Source: a cyanobacterium endosymbiont of Epithemia turgida isolate EtSB Lake Yunoko
GTDB lineage: Bacteria > Cyanobacteriota > Cyanobacteriia > Cyanobacteriales > Microcystaceae
Direction: 5' to 3'
DNA: 32,000 nt
Assembly (NCBI RefSeq): GCF_000829235.1
Contig: NZ_AP012549.1
Coordinates: forward strand, 2,130,001-2,162,000
Under the pieces are notes generated by a model that was given only the letters and a program-made list of their open reading frames with translations, made no database searches and was not told the DNA's origin. Below are positions 1 through 9,095 of this stretch, one piece after another. The translations under genes and the position numbers were made by a program. Every line of letters starts with the position of its first letter. Within the stretch, counting starts at the first letter, position 1.

Positions 1-658
1 CCACAAAAATAAGAATTACTAGATAAGTTGGTTTTAAAAATTCATGTAATTTTAAAGTTTGACGACCCTCAATAATAGCTAAAAAAGGAATAATAGAAGT
101 CCGTTTTTTAACATCCATAAAAACCTCTCCATAGTGTTTTTTGAGGCGATAATCTCCATGCCACACGGCGAATAGATGGTGAGCAACTAATCCTAATGAT
201 GTCACCAAAGTAAAGGTAGTCCCTAGCCATATAGTATGAGTGATACACCAAATCACTTGACCAATCATTTGGGGATGGCGACAAATTCGAATAATACCTG
301 TTTCATAAAGATAAACTTGGGGTTTAGAAATTGCGGCAATTTCCAGAAGATTAAAAGTAGCTGGATATAGAAACAAGAAAGATATAGCACTAAAAAGCCA
401 AACGAAAGCTTTAACTCCCTGATATCTTTGAAATTGCCATAAAATAAAACCATCATAGCGATGATTAAAAAAGTAAGTAATTAAAATAATCGCCAGGGGA
501 ATATTAACAAAGACAAACATAACACGATAAGGTCTCGGTCCAATTTTGTTTTCTCCCCAAGGACGCAATGCTGCTAGTCCACTATGGACAATAGCAAATC
601 CCAAGAGTAACCCTAAAATAATTCCATGACTTGGTGTTAACCAGGTGGGTAAAGCCAT
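1..658 (-). CDS. NnrU-family integral membrane protein (15-cis-zeta-carotene isomerase-like); C-terminal end lies beyond the left window edge
   Basis: Absent from the supplied ORF track because it runs off the edge. My translation starts at the ATG (complement of 656-658) and stays open to position 1: MALPTWLTPSHGIILGLLLGFAIVHSGLAALRPWGENKIGPRPYRVMF...YETGIIRICRHPQMIGQVIWCITHTIWLG...HHLFAVWHGDYRLKKHYGEVF...RTSIIPFLAII. The RHPQ and GD-RL..YGE.F..TS..PF motifs match what I recall of the NnrU/Z-ISO family. Confidence 0.7.
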   Translation of the reverse strand, partial: MALPTWLTPSHGIILGLLLGFAIVHSGLAALRPWGENKIGPRPYRVMFVFVNIPLAIILITYFFNHRYDGFILWQFQRYQGVKAFVWLFSAISFLFLYPATFNLLEIAAISKPQVYLYETGIIRICRHPQMIGQVIWCITHTIWLGTTFTLVTSLGLVAHHLFAVWHGDYRLKKHYGEVFMDVKKRTSIIPFLAIIEGRQTLKLHEFLKPTYLVILIFV

Positions 659-864
659 TAGTATTTTTGTTTTTAATTTTAAAAATTAGTTAGGTTTGAT
701 ATCTTTGTCAAAACTATACTAAAGGATTTTGATCCCCATCGTATGTTACTGTCGTTTTCAGTAGAGATAAGTGTCCCTTATTTAGGATATCCCGTCATCA
801 AAGTTAAGTTAATAGTTTAAGATAGCTTTCCCAGTTAAATCCTTGCTTATTTTTTAATAAACCT

Positions 865-1824
865 ATGGTAGATATTCCTTTTACATTAGATCAACTCCGC
901 ATCCTCAAGGCTATCGCTTCTGAGGGGAGTTTTAAACGGGCTGCAGACACTTTATACGTTTCTCAACCGGCTGTTAGTCTCCAAGTTCAAAATTTAGAAA
1001 AACAACTTAATGTCCCCTTATTTGATCGAGGTGGCCGTAAAGCACGATTAACAGAAGCTGGACATCTTTTGCTGTCTTATGGTGAAAAAATTATTACCCT
1101 GTGTCAAGAGACCTGTCGAGTGATCGAAGATCTACAAAATCTTCAAGGGGGAACTTTGACTGTAGGGGCATCCCAAACTACGGGAACTTATCTTCTTCCT
1201 AGAATGATTGGCTTGTTCCACCAAAAATATCCCGATGTTTCGGTGCAACTACAGGTTCATTCGACCCGACGGACTTCTTGGGGGGTGGCAAACGGACAGG
1301 TAGATTTAGCAATTATTGGGGGAGAAGTTCCGACTGAACTTCAAGAAATCTTAAAAGTTCGTCCTTATGCTGAAGATGAATTAACATTAATTTTACCGAT
1401 TTCCCATCCTTTGACTAAGGTGGAAAAGATTCAAAAAGAGGATTTATACCGCCTTGATTTTATTGGATTGGACTCCCAGTCTACCATTCGCAAAGTGATA
1501 GATAAGGTGTTAAATCGCTGTGACATAGATACCAAACGTCTTAAAATTGAGATGGAACTTAACTCGATTGAAGCAATCAAAAACGCAGTTCAAGCAGGAT
1601 TAGGTGTCGCGTTTGTTTCTATTACAGCCATTAAGAAAGAATTGGAAATGAAAGAACTTCATGTTGGCCGTATTAAAGGGATAGAAGTTCAACGAACTTT
1701 GTCTGTAATTACTAACCCAACTCGTTACCGTTCAAAGGCAGCTGAAGCATTCATTACGGAGATACTACCGGAATTCTCCACTTATAAAGAAACCTTGGAT
1801 TTCGAACTTGTTTCCTCTACCTAA
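865..1824 (+). CDS. rbcR: LysR-type transcriptional regulator, RbcR/Ycf30 (CbbR-like) family
   Basis: 319-aa ORF with ATG start. The N-terminal wHTH ([51 protein letters not shown]) is the characteristic cyanobacterial/plastid Ycf30 signature. A LysR substrate-binding domain follows. Divergent from the NnrU gene. Confidence 0.85.
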   Translation: MVDIPFTLDQLRILKAIASEGSFKRAADTLYVSQPAVSLQVQNLEKQLNVPLFDRGGRKARLTEAGHLLLSYGEKIITLCQETCRVIEDLQNLQGGTLTVGASQTTGTYLLPRMIGLFHQKYPDVSVQLQVHSTRRTSWGVANGQVDLAIIGGEVPTELQEILKVRPYAEDELTLILPISHPLTKVEKIQKEDLYRLDFIGLDSQSTIRKVIDKVLNRCDIDTKRLKIEMELNSIEAIKNAVQAGLGVAFVSITAIKKELEMKELHVGRIKGIEVQRTLSVITNPTRYRSKAAEAFITEILPEFSTYKETLDFELVSST

Positions 1825-1879
1825 TACTGCTAATTTCTTAAAAGAACCTGCCTCTCAAATATGATTTAGGGATAATCAA

Positions 1880-3418
1880 TCAACATGAGGTATTATGACG
1901 ATGATAAAGAGCAATGATACTATCAGTCACTTCTTCTATTGTCAACCCGTCAGTATTAATGGCAATAGCATCAGCGGCTTGACGTAAGGGAGCAAGAGAA
2001 CGATGACTATCGATATAATCCCTTTTTTTAATCTCTTGTTCAAGTTCTTCTAAGGTAATTTCATTGTATCCTTGAACTTGAAAGTCTTGCCAACGCCGCC
2101 TGGCACGCTCAGTTACCGAAGCTGTCAAAAAAATTTTAAGGTCGGCATCAGGAAAAAGATTAGTTCCAATATCCCGTCCTTCTGCAACTACTCCTCCTTT
2201 TTCCCCAAATTTTTGCTGATAACAGACTAATTTATCCCGTACAGCCCGTTGTGCAGAAATTTGAGAGACTAAGGCAGTTACTTCGGGAGTGCGAATTACT
2301 CCTGTGACATCTTCCCCATTTATCTTAAGACGAGGAAGTGTGTCGTCTGTTGTGGAGAGAAATTCTAAGGTGGCTTGGGAAACTAATTCCGCAATAGCCT
2401 CAGGAGCATTGGGAGAAACTTCTGAATGTTTAACCAGCCAAGCAATTGCTCGATACATGGCTCCTGTGTCTAAATAAAGTAAATTCAAGGCTTTAGCCAC
2501 TCGACGGGTAACAGTAGATTTTCCTGCACCAGCTGGTCCATCAATGGCAATAATAGGTCTACGAATCCGAAGAATAACATTATCAATTAAACGGGTTGAG
2601 CCGACATAAGCTGCGACTGCCAATAACCCAGTATCTTCAATTTTATCTAGGGCAGTTAAGGTATCAGGATCTACCAGAGAAACATATTGTATCTTAACCC
2701 CAGGATTTAATGCTAATTCTTGCTGGAAAATATTGAGCAGTTGTTTTGCAATACGTTCCCCCTCATTAAAAACTTGTTGTACCTTTTTGAGCCCTTTAAA
2801 CAAAGCTAGGGCTTGTTTTCGTTCTTCTTCACTTAAATATTGATTGCGGGAACTATAAGCGAGTCCCGACGATTCTCTGACAATGGGACAACTTTTAATC
2901 GTAACGGGTAAATTCAAGTCTCTGACTAACTGTCTAACAATTGCAAGTTGTTGAGCATCTTTTTCTCCAAAAAAAGCGACATCAGGAGTCACAATAATCA
3001 ATAATTTCGTGACAATAGTAGCAACTCCTGAAAAATGTACAGGACGAAAAGCTCCACATAACGCAGAGCTCATTGAAAAAGGTGGTATTACCGTTGTAGT
3101 AAGCTTCTGAAGATTATTATTCATTCCCATCTCTTGAGGTGTGGGTGCAAATAATACTTTTACTCCTAATTCTTTACACAGTTGATAGTCCTGCTCCCAT
3201 TGTCGGGGATACTGTTCTAAATCCTCATGAGCCCCAAACTGAAGAGGATTGACAAAAATGCTAACTATCACCAGATCAGTTTCAGTCACAGCGCGACAAA
3301 TTAGACTGATGTGTCCAGGATGTAAAGCTCCCATTGTCGGAACTAAGCCCAAGGATTGCTCAAAGGGTTGATTTTTTAAATAGGCGCGTAACCCGGCTAC
3401 GGTCTTTAAAATACGCAT
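1880..3418 (-). CDS. panC: bifunctional pantoate--beta-alanine ligase / (d)CMP kinase
   Basis: 512-aa ORF with ATG start. The N-terminal half is PanC (VPTMGALHPGHISL, FGEKDAQQL). The C-terminal half is Cmk with a P-loop (IAIDGPAGAGKST). This fusion is typical of cyanobacteria. Confidence 0.95.
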   Translation of the reverse strand: MRILKTVAGLRAYLKNQPFEQSLGLVPTMGALHPGHISLICRAVTETDLVIVSIFVNPLQFGAHEDLEQYPRQWEQDYQLCKELGVKVLFAPTPQEMGMNNNLQKLTTTVIPPFSMSSALCGAFRPVHFSGVATIVTKLLIIVTPDVAFFGEKDAQQLAIVRQLVRDLNLPVTIKSCPIVRESSGLAYSSRNQYLSEEERKQALALFKGLKKVQQVFNEGERIAKQLLNIFQQELALNPGVKIQYVSLVDPDTLTALDKIEDTGLLAVAAYVGSTRLIDNVILRIRRPIIAIDGPAGAGKSTVTRRVAKALNLLYLDTGAMYRAIAWLVKHSEVSPNAPEAIAELVSQATLEFLSTTDDTLPRLKINGEDVTGVIRTPEVTALVSQISAQRAVRDKLVCYQQKFGEKGGVVAEGRDIGTNLFPDADLKIFLTASVTERARRRWQDFQVQGYNEITLEELEQEIKKRDYIDSHRSLAPLRQAADAIAINTDGLTIEEVTDSIIALYHRHNTSC

Positions 3419-3571
3419 TTTTATTATTGGGTCATCAAGAATGGATTAGGATAGATAAAGATAAGAGACAAAAGTTTACTCAGCCAAAGTTTGTGTTGCT
3501 TTTATTAATGTTAAACACCTTAATGTGTGCTGCGGTAATTGGAAAAGTTTTTATTCACTCATTAGCAATTA

Positions 3572-4603
3572 TTATTTTAAACGTCCTAAAATTTCAATTT
3601 GTACTGGAGCTATACCACTCCCCATCAAGCCGATAACTCTGGCCGCGCCTCTTGACAAATCAATAATCCGTCCATGGGCATAGGGACCACGATCATTGAT
3701 ACGAACAGTTATTGAACGACCATTATTGAGGTTAGTAACCCGAACTCTCGTTCCAAAAGGAAGATTTTTATGAGCTGCTGTTAAACCGTTTTGATTGTAC
3801 CGTTCTCCATTAGCAGTTAAGCGACCGTGAAATCCTGGGCCATACCAAGATGCCATTCCTTTACGAAGACTAGTTACTTGTTCTTTGACTCCTGCTCTTA
3901 CCATTTCTGGAGCAGCTGAAGATATATTGGCAATGGCATTCAAGGGGAGTGTATCTCCATCTCCCATCAACCGACCTAAGCGATTTGTAGCTTGTAGCCC
4001 GTCGGACGCCAAATTGTTAGTAGTGTCTGATAGGATAGTCTGATAATCAATAGTAACAAGTTTTTTATCACTCAATTTGATTGTGGAGGATTTATCTTTA
4101 GTGTTTGCACTAACAGTGATATTCTTTTTATAGTCAAATTTTTCACTGTGACTCACCTCGTTTAGACGTTTAGCGACAGCTTTAGCCTGGTTCATAACAT
4201 CAGTGTCAGCTTGGACTTGTTCAGAACTATTTTCACTATTTTTAATTTTAATGAGATCGGTTTTTGTGCCAATAAAAGTGAGAATAGGTATTGTTCGTAC
4301 TCTGAGCATTACAACCAATTTAGATTTCCACTGATGGGGATGAAGAGTAGCTATCTTACTTCTATCGGAACTTTCTGTTGTTGTTATCGTCTCCTTCCCT
4401 AGGAGTTCTTTCTCTTCGTTAGTTTGATTTCTAAGATAAGACGCCACTGAGCTATTTAGGGACTCCCACAAAAGGAGTGGTGTCCCTAAACTGGTAGCTA
4501 ATACTATGGCTGCTAGTCTTTTCCAGGGTTTTTTTATCATGGTTGTTTTGTTAAGTGAGTGGTGTAATACCTCGAAATCTTGATGATTTAGTGAATTTGG
4601 CAA
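3572..4603 (-). CDS. rlpA: septal ring lytic transglycosylase RlpA-family protein (C-terminal DPBB domain)
   Basis: The C-terminus (GMASWYGPGFHGRLTANGERYNQNGLTAAHKNLPFGTRVRVTNLNNGRSITVRINDRGPY) is an RlpA double-psi beta-barrel. The start is uncertain. TTG at 4603 is preceded by GAGGAG 6 nt upstream. An alternative ATG at 4540 would begin MIKKPWKRLAAIVLATSLG (signal/anchor). Confidence 0.85.
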   Translation of the reverse strand: MPNSLNHQDFEVLHHSLNKTTMIKKPWKRLAAIVLATSLGTPLLLWESLNSSVASYLRNQTNEEKELLGKETITTTESSDRSKIATLHPHQWKSKLVVMLRVRTIPILTFIGTKTDLIKIKNSENSSEQVQADTDVMNQAKAVAKRLNEVSHSEKFDYKKNITVSANTKDKSSTIKLSDKKLVTIDYQTILSDTTNNLASDGLQATNRLGRLMGDGDTLPLNAIANISSAAPEMVRAGVKEQVTSLRKGMASWYGPGFHGRLTANGERYNQNGLTAAHKNLPFGTRVRVTNLNNGRSITVRINDRGPYAHGRIIDLSRGAARVIGLMGSGIAPVQIEILGRLK

Positions 4604-4733
4604 TGTTGACTCCTCACGTAACTGTTTTACACTTATTTAAACTGTTACACAGTAACACGAATTTTTTATGGAGTGTTTTCTGGTAATTGGTTATGTAGAT
4701 TTTTATTGAAAATATTTTATATTAATGACTTGG

Positions 4734-4779
4734 TCAACAATACTGAATTAACTTAGTCAAGTTAATTCAGTATTGTTGA
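4734..4779. repeat. perfect inverted repeat, 21-bp arms, 4-nt loop
   Basis: TCAACAATACTGAATTAACTT-AGTC-AAGTTAATTCAGTATTGTTGA, checked base by base. Lies 130-175 bp upstream of the rlpA start. Confidence 0.95.
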
Positions 4780-5573
4780 TGAGCATTATTACTTAATTGC
4801 TGAGCAATCTAAGCAGATGATACAGTTTAGCCACCCATTCAATAAGCACCAATGAGCATCATACATATAGTAAAAAAATATCAACAATAATATACAGAAG
4901 CAAGAATACGTAGATTGAATATAATTTTCATTATTATCTCCAAAAAATTGAATCATTCTTGGAGGATTTTATGAGAATTTTAAATAAGTAAGTTAGTTAC
5001 ATATTTTTTAAAAACCCCTATGTAATTAACAATATATAAGTTTCACTAATAACTAATTTTTATAGTCTAAAAATCTGGTGTTTTTTGTAGGAATTTATAA
5101 GTTAAATTTTGTCTCTATTGTTTTTATTTTTGTGACCTTATTTTTTTTAATGATCTATTGCCATTTCTTATAGAAGCTATAACTGCGATGGTAACAGTCA
5201 TAGCTTTTAAAAAAGTTGATATTACCGTATTACCTTACCTTAAGTTAAACAAACTTTTGGTTTTATGTATTCCATTAACTATTCTATGGGTAGACGACTC
5301 CATAGTAAAAAAACAGTATAATTTTTAGAATATAATCATTAATATTTAAATTTAACTCTTTTTTTAAACCTATTTTTCGCAGATAAATATAAATTAAAAT
5401 AAGGTCATTAAAATTTAAATTGCTGAGTGCTTGAATTAAAATTATTAAACCTAAAAATATTGACAAAAGATATTAAGCAATAACGGCTCAAACAAAATCA
5501 TAAACTAATAGTAACTTTAAATAAAGAGTTATCTGTATTTCTTTAACAAATCAATACTGTGGTTGATTCTTTA

Positions 5574-5690
5574 CCATTAAACCGATTTTTAGTGACTAAA
5601 ATAGTAATCATCCCCAACAAGCAACCTTAAAATGATTATCTCATCTTCGGACTTTGGACTCAGGATTGCAAGTATTGATGGCTTATGAGC
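5574..5690 (-). repeat. dispersed repeat family, probable copy D (inverted orientation, spacer 1)
   Basis: The minus strand reads GCTCATAAGCC...CATTTTAAGGTT...GATTACTATTTTAGTCAC..TCGGTTTAATGG. It shares the start block, the CATTTT..AGGTT block, the GATT.AC.ATTTTAGTC.AC block and the TCGGT.TAATG end block. It carries an extra insert of about 40 nt. Confidence 0.5.
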
Positions 5691-5808
5691 TAGCTACATA
5701 TTCGATTAGATGATAAATTGTAACAGAGAGAAACACGAATTTATCTATGTTCCTGCTTATAGTTATAAAAATTGGAGATATTCCTTTCCTTAAAAATAGT
5801 TTTGACTC

Positions 5809-5840
5809 AATTACAATAGTCTATTAAGACTATTGTAATT
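5809..5840. repeat. perfect inverted repeat, 14-bp arms, 4-nt loop
   Basis: AATTACAATAGTCT-ATTA-AGACTATTGTAATT. Confidence 0.95.
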
Positions 5841-6342
5841 TAAGTTTTAATCGCAATAAAAAAATTAGAAAATATTATGTTTGGATGAGTTAACTAAAAT
5901 TTTTAGATTATATTTTCTGGAAAAAATATATAAATTGTAAAATAGTTAAGAGAAATTATATGAGTATATTGAATCTAAAAAAAATACAAAAATATTATTG
6001 TTTTTAAAAACCATCAGTAGTTAATCAATGTAAAATTACAATAAAGTCTTTGTTATAAAAAAATTGTATTCCCTTGACGATAACACTATATAAATATAAT
6101 ATATCACACTTTTTTGTTAAAATTAATTGTATATTAGGTAATTATTTTTAATAAAAAATATCTATTTATCATCTGTTGCAATTACAGGGTATAGATAAAT
6201 AAGGACGTATTCTTTTGTTAATTTTTGATTATATCTTGAAACATAAGGATTATATATAAATCAGTCGGCTTTTGTCTTTATGTTAATTTAAAATCTCTTA
6301 AGTAAGAATGCTATTAAAAGAAAGAAGGTTCTTAAAATTAGT

Positions 6343-6388
6343 TATAAATCCTATAACTAATTTGTTAAAATTAATTATAGGATTTATA
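6343..6388. repeat. inverted repeat, 18-bp arms (1 mismatch), 10-nt loop
   Basis: TATAAATCCTATAACTAA ... TTAATTATAGGATTTATA. Confidence 0.9.
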
Positions 6389-6476
6389 GTTTTGGTAGTA
6401 GTGGTTTCAATAGAAATAACTTTCAAAAATTTTAAATAAAAAAATAAGATAAAAATATTAAATATAGAGTAAATAA

Positions 6477-6526
6477 TAAAATTAAGTCTTATTAATCAAT
6501 TAATTAATTAATAAGACTTAATTTTA
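6477..6526. repeat. 50-bp near-perfect palindrome (20-bp perfect arms)
   Basis: TAAAATTAAGTCTTATTAAT-CAATTAATTA-ATTAATAAGACTTAATTTTA. The centre is itself palindromic apart from one pair. Confidence 0.95.
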
Positions 6527-6887
6527 TGCAGTTATAACATATATCTAAAAATAGAATAAAGAAGTAATAAGATTGTAGTTATTGTCAATAATTAGCTTGT
6601 CAAAAATAATGATTATTTTCTTTGTTTATTAGATTGAACTCAAATTAATATTCTTACTTGATTTTCACTCATAGCGTTAAATACTTAATTAATTTTAACT
6701 AATAAAATTTTTATCATAATAATAAATAAATTATTAGATATTTATTTTGGGCAAATAAAGCCGTTTATCTATAAAATAGATATTCGTTAGACGATACATA
6801 ATTAATATGTAAATAAATTTATAGAATAGCTAAATTTTAAAACTCCAAAAATATATACTAAAAAAATAAAAATTAAATAAATTATGA

Positions 6888-6924
6888 ATTTTTATTAATT
6901 TAAATGTATTAAATTAATAAAAAT
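6888..6924. repeat. perfect inverted repeat, 15-bp arms (A/T only), 7-nt loop
   Basis: ATTTTTATTAATTTA-AATGTAT-TAAATTAATAAAAAT. Confidence 0.85.
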
Positions 6925-7876
6925 AAGCCATATTCAATTCTATTAATAAATAATAATTTTTTTTATAAGAAAAAATATAATAAAATGGCAATTTAAATAT
7001 ACAATAATTAAGTACTTAGATTTTAAAAAAAAGATGCTTAAGTTAAGACTGATAACATCAATTATTTTATTTTTAAATTTAAATAAACTCTAAAATATTT
7101 TTTATATAAAATGGTAATAATTAGATAATTTATATTTTAAATTTTAGGGGTTTTCATGAAATTGAAAATATTATAGATTTTTGTCTTTCTAGAATAACTA
7201 GAAGTGAACTATATCATAAAAAATATTCCAATAATTGCAAGATCAATATTATGTTAATTAGAATGATCTGTAAATCAGATTTTTCCAATATTTTTATTGC
7301 GAATATTACTAGATAATTGTGTATTTATATATATTCAGTAAAATACTAATAAAGAGTAAAATATTTATAAACTTAGAAAAATAAATTTTTAACAAAATTA
7401 AATAAGTTATTTTCAGATTTTATAAATTTTATCGACATAAAATAAATAAACATTTAATTATATCTTTAAAAAGATTTAAAAATAATAATTTTTGAGGATT
7501 TATATAAATGTTTAATTTTTTAAAAATATATTGGACTTGACAATTAATAAAATTTAAGCGGAGAACAAAAAATAGAATTAAATCAGGGGTATAAAACGCC
7601 GTTATTTTTCTGAATCATGGTCTTTTTTTAAAAAAAATTAGAAGATTTACAAAAAAAATATAATTTATCATAGGCAATGATATTGAATCTTTAAAAGATT
7701 TTACGTCTTACAGGACTTTTTGTTTTAAAATAATATTTTTTAATTCAGTTGGGTTTAATTACTTGTATATATTATGTATTTAGATAAAGATATTAATGTT
7801 CTATTTTTACTCATATTATAAAAGTATTTTATGTAAATTTAAGTCAAATATAATGAGGTTTTTAATGTCTAGTTAG

Positions 7877-7894
7877 ATAGAATTTAAATTCTAT
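7877..7894. repeat. 18-bp perfect palindrome
   Basis: ATAGAATTTAAATTCTAT. Confidence 0.9.
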
Positions 7895-8463
7895 GATCTA
7901 ATTTTAGAAATAAAAATTGGTTGTAAAAGTTAATAATCGTAGTTAATTATTGATTGTTAAATCAGTCATGGGTAATGTTAATAAACATAAACTAGCTTTT
8001 AAACTGAGACAAAATTTAAGTAATTAAGTCATAAAAACTATATCCTATTACTAGACTTTTTTATGGGAAGTTAAATTAACTATTTATTATTGATTTTTAT
8101 AAAATATTAATTTAGTAAACTCAACTAGTTAAATTGATTTAGTTTATAAGTATTTTAGAATTTAAATAGTTAACAATAAACTTAATAATATCTCTCATGT
8201 TGAAGATGTAAGACATCAAAGTGTTTAGAATTACTTTTTTAACTTTTCTATTGAAATAATTGCTTATATCTATTCATATATTTTTAAAAAATTTGGAGTA
8301 AAAAGATAAGCTAATCTTGTCTTCTGTTATTCTTTAACACTAATTTAAATCCTAATTATTGACAGTTATTATTTAACATAATCTTTAAATTGTCCTATTT
8401 TAGGTTAATCATTAATAATGATAGCTGTGTTTGTAACATCTTATTAAATTTATGATATCTTAA

Positions 8464-8504
8464 TTAGTTTTATATATTTTTTTACAAAAAATATATAAAA
8501 CTAA
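8464..8504. repeat. perfect inverted repeat, 19-bp arms, 3-nt loop
   Basis: TTAGTTTTATATATTTTTT-TAC-AAAAAATATATAAAACTAA. Confidence 0.95.
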
Positions 8505-8562
8505 CTTCTCAGGAATCTAAGTGCACTATTATAAAACATAAGTTGTACACAAACAAGATAGT

Positions 8563-8610
8563 AATTACCATAACTAATGGTGATTTATTCGCTTTTATTT
8601 TTTTATTTTG
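8563..8610 (+). terminator. orphan terminator-like hairpin plus T-rich tail inside spacer 1
   Basis: AATTACCAT-AACTA-ATGGTGATT (9 bp including one G.U), followed by TATTCGCTTTTATTTTTTTATTTTG. No ORF lies upstream. Confidence 0.3.
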
Positions 8611-8824
8611 ACTAAAAAATATCTTATTATTTAACTATGATATCTAAATTTTTTTAAAACCCCTATTTCTAATATTTATATTTTTAATTTATTTTTTTAC
8701 TAAAAATATTTTATTTTTCATTATTTACTTAAAATTAATCCAAACAAATTCTGGATATTGTTTTTAATTTCCTAAGTTATTTTAGACTATTTCATTAATG
8801 TTGACGACATGAAGATGAGCAGAG

Positions 8825-8862
8825 GAACAATTGTTTGTATAAACATATACAAACAATTGTTC
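8825..8862. repeat. perfect inverted repeat, 16-17-bp arms, about 235 bp upstream of ileS
   Basis: GAACAATTGTTTGTAT-AAACAT-ATACAAACAATTGTTC. Confidence 0.95.
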
Positions 8863-9095
8863 TATTTGAATAGAGAAGACATAATTATTATTTTATTTAA
8901 TTTGGTAGGCTCTAATAAAAGCTGAATACATAGAGTTGAGTTTAATTGAAGTGATTAGGTATCGATTTACTTACTAAGAGGATATATATACACCTCATCA
9001 CAACCTAAAGGATTAAATTTTATCAATATGGATAACTTTTCCCTTGTAATATTATTAGATTATAGTAACTTAATACAGAAATTGTTATTACTGCA

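Noticed and set aside
265-456. 63-aa ORF on the minus strand
   Set aside because: It lies in an alternative frame entirely inside the longer NnrU-family reading frame (1-658, minus). The sequence is low-complexity and hydrophobic.
2289-2477. 62-aa ORF on the plus strand
   Set aside because: Antisense and internal to panC/cmk. No independent support.
3334-3636. 100-aa ORF spanning the rlpA-panC intergenic gap
   Set aside because: It overlaps antisense the 5' end of panC/cmk and the 3' end of rlpA. Only 153 nt are unique, and the composition is that of an AT-rich spacer.
4211-4402. 63-aa ORF on the plus strand
   Set aside because: Antisense and internal to rlpA.
5284-5466. 60-aa ORF in spacer 1
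   Set aside because: An Ile/Leu/Asn/Lys/Tyr-rich product of very AT-rich DNA, with no ribosome-binding site and no gene-like composition. It is of a length that can arise by chance.
6074-6102. Promoter-like TTGACG-N17-TAATAT, plus TTGACA hexamers at 7535, 20455 and 28654
   Set aside because: In DNA this AT-rich, -10-like hexamers are ubiquitous. The other TTGACA sites lack a properly spaced -10 box, and nothing recognisable lies downstream. These are not reportable as promoters without transcription start data.
7145-7154. TAGGGGTTTT read as a telomere-like (T4G4 / TTTAGGG) repeat
   Set aside because: These are single dispersed copies, not tandem arrays, in a bacterial chromosomal context. 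They are treated instead as a dispersed motif.
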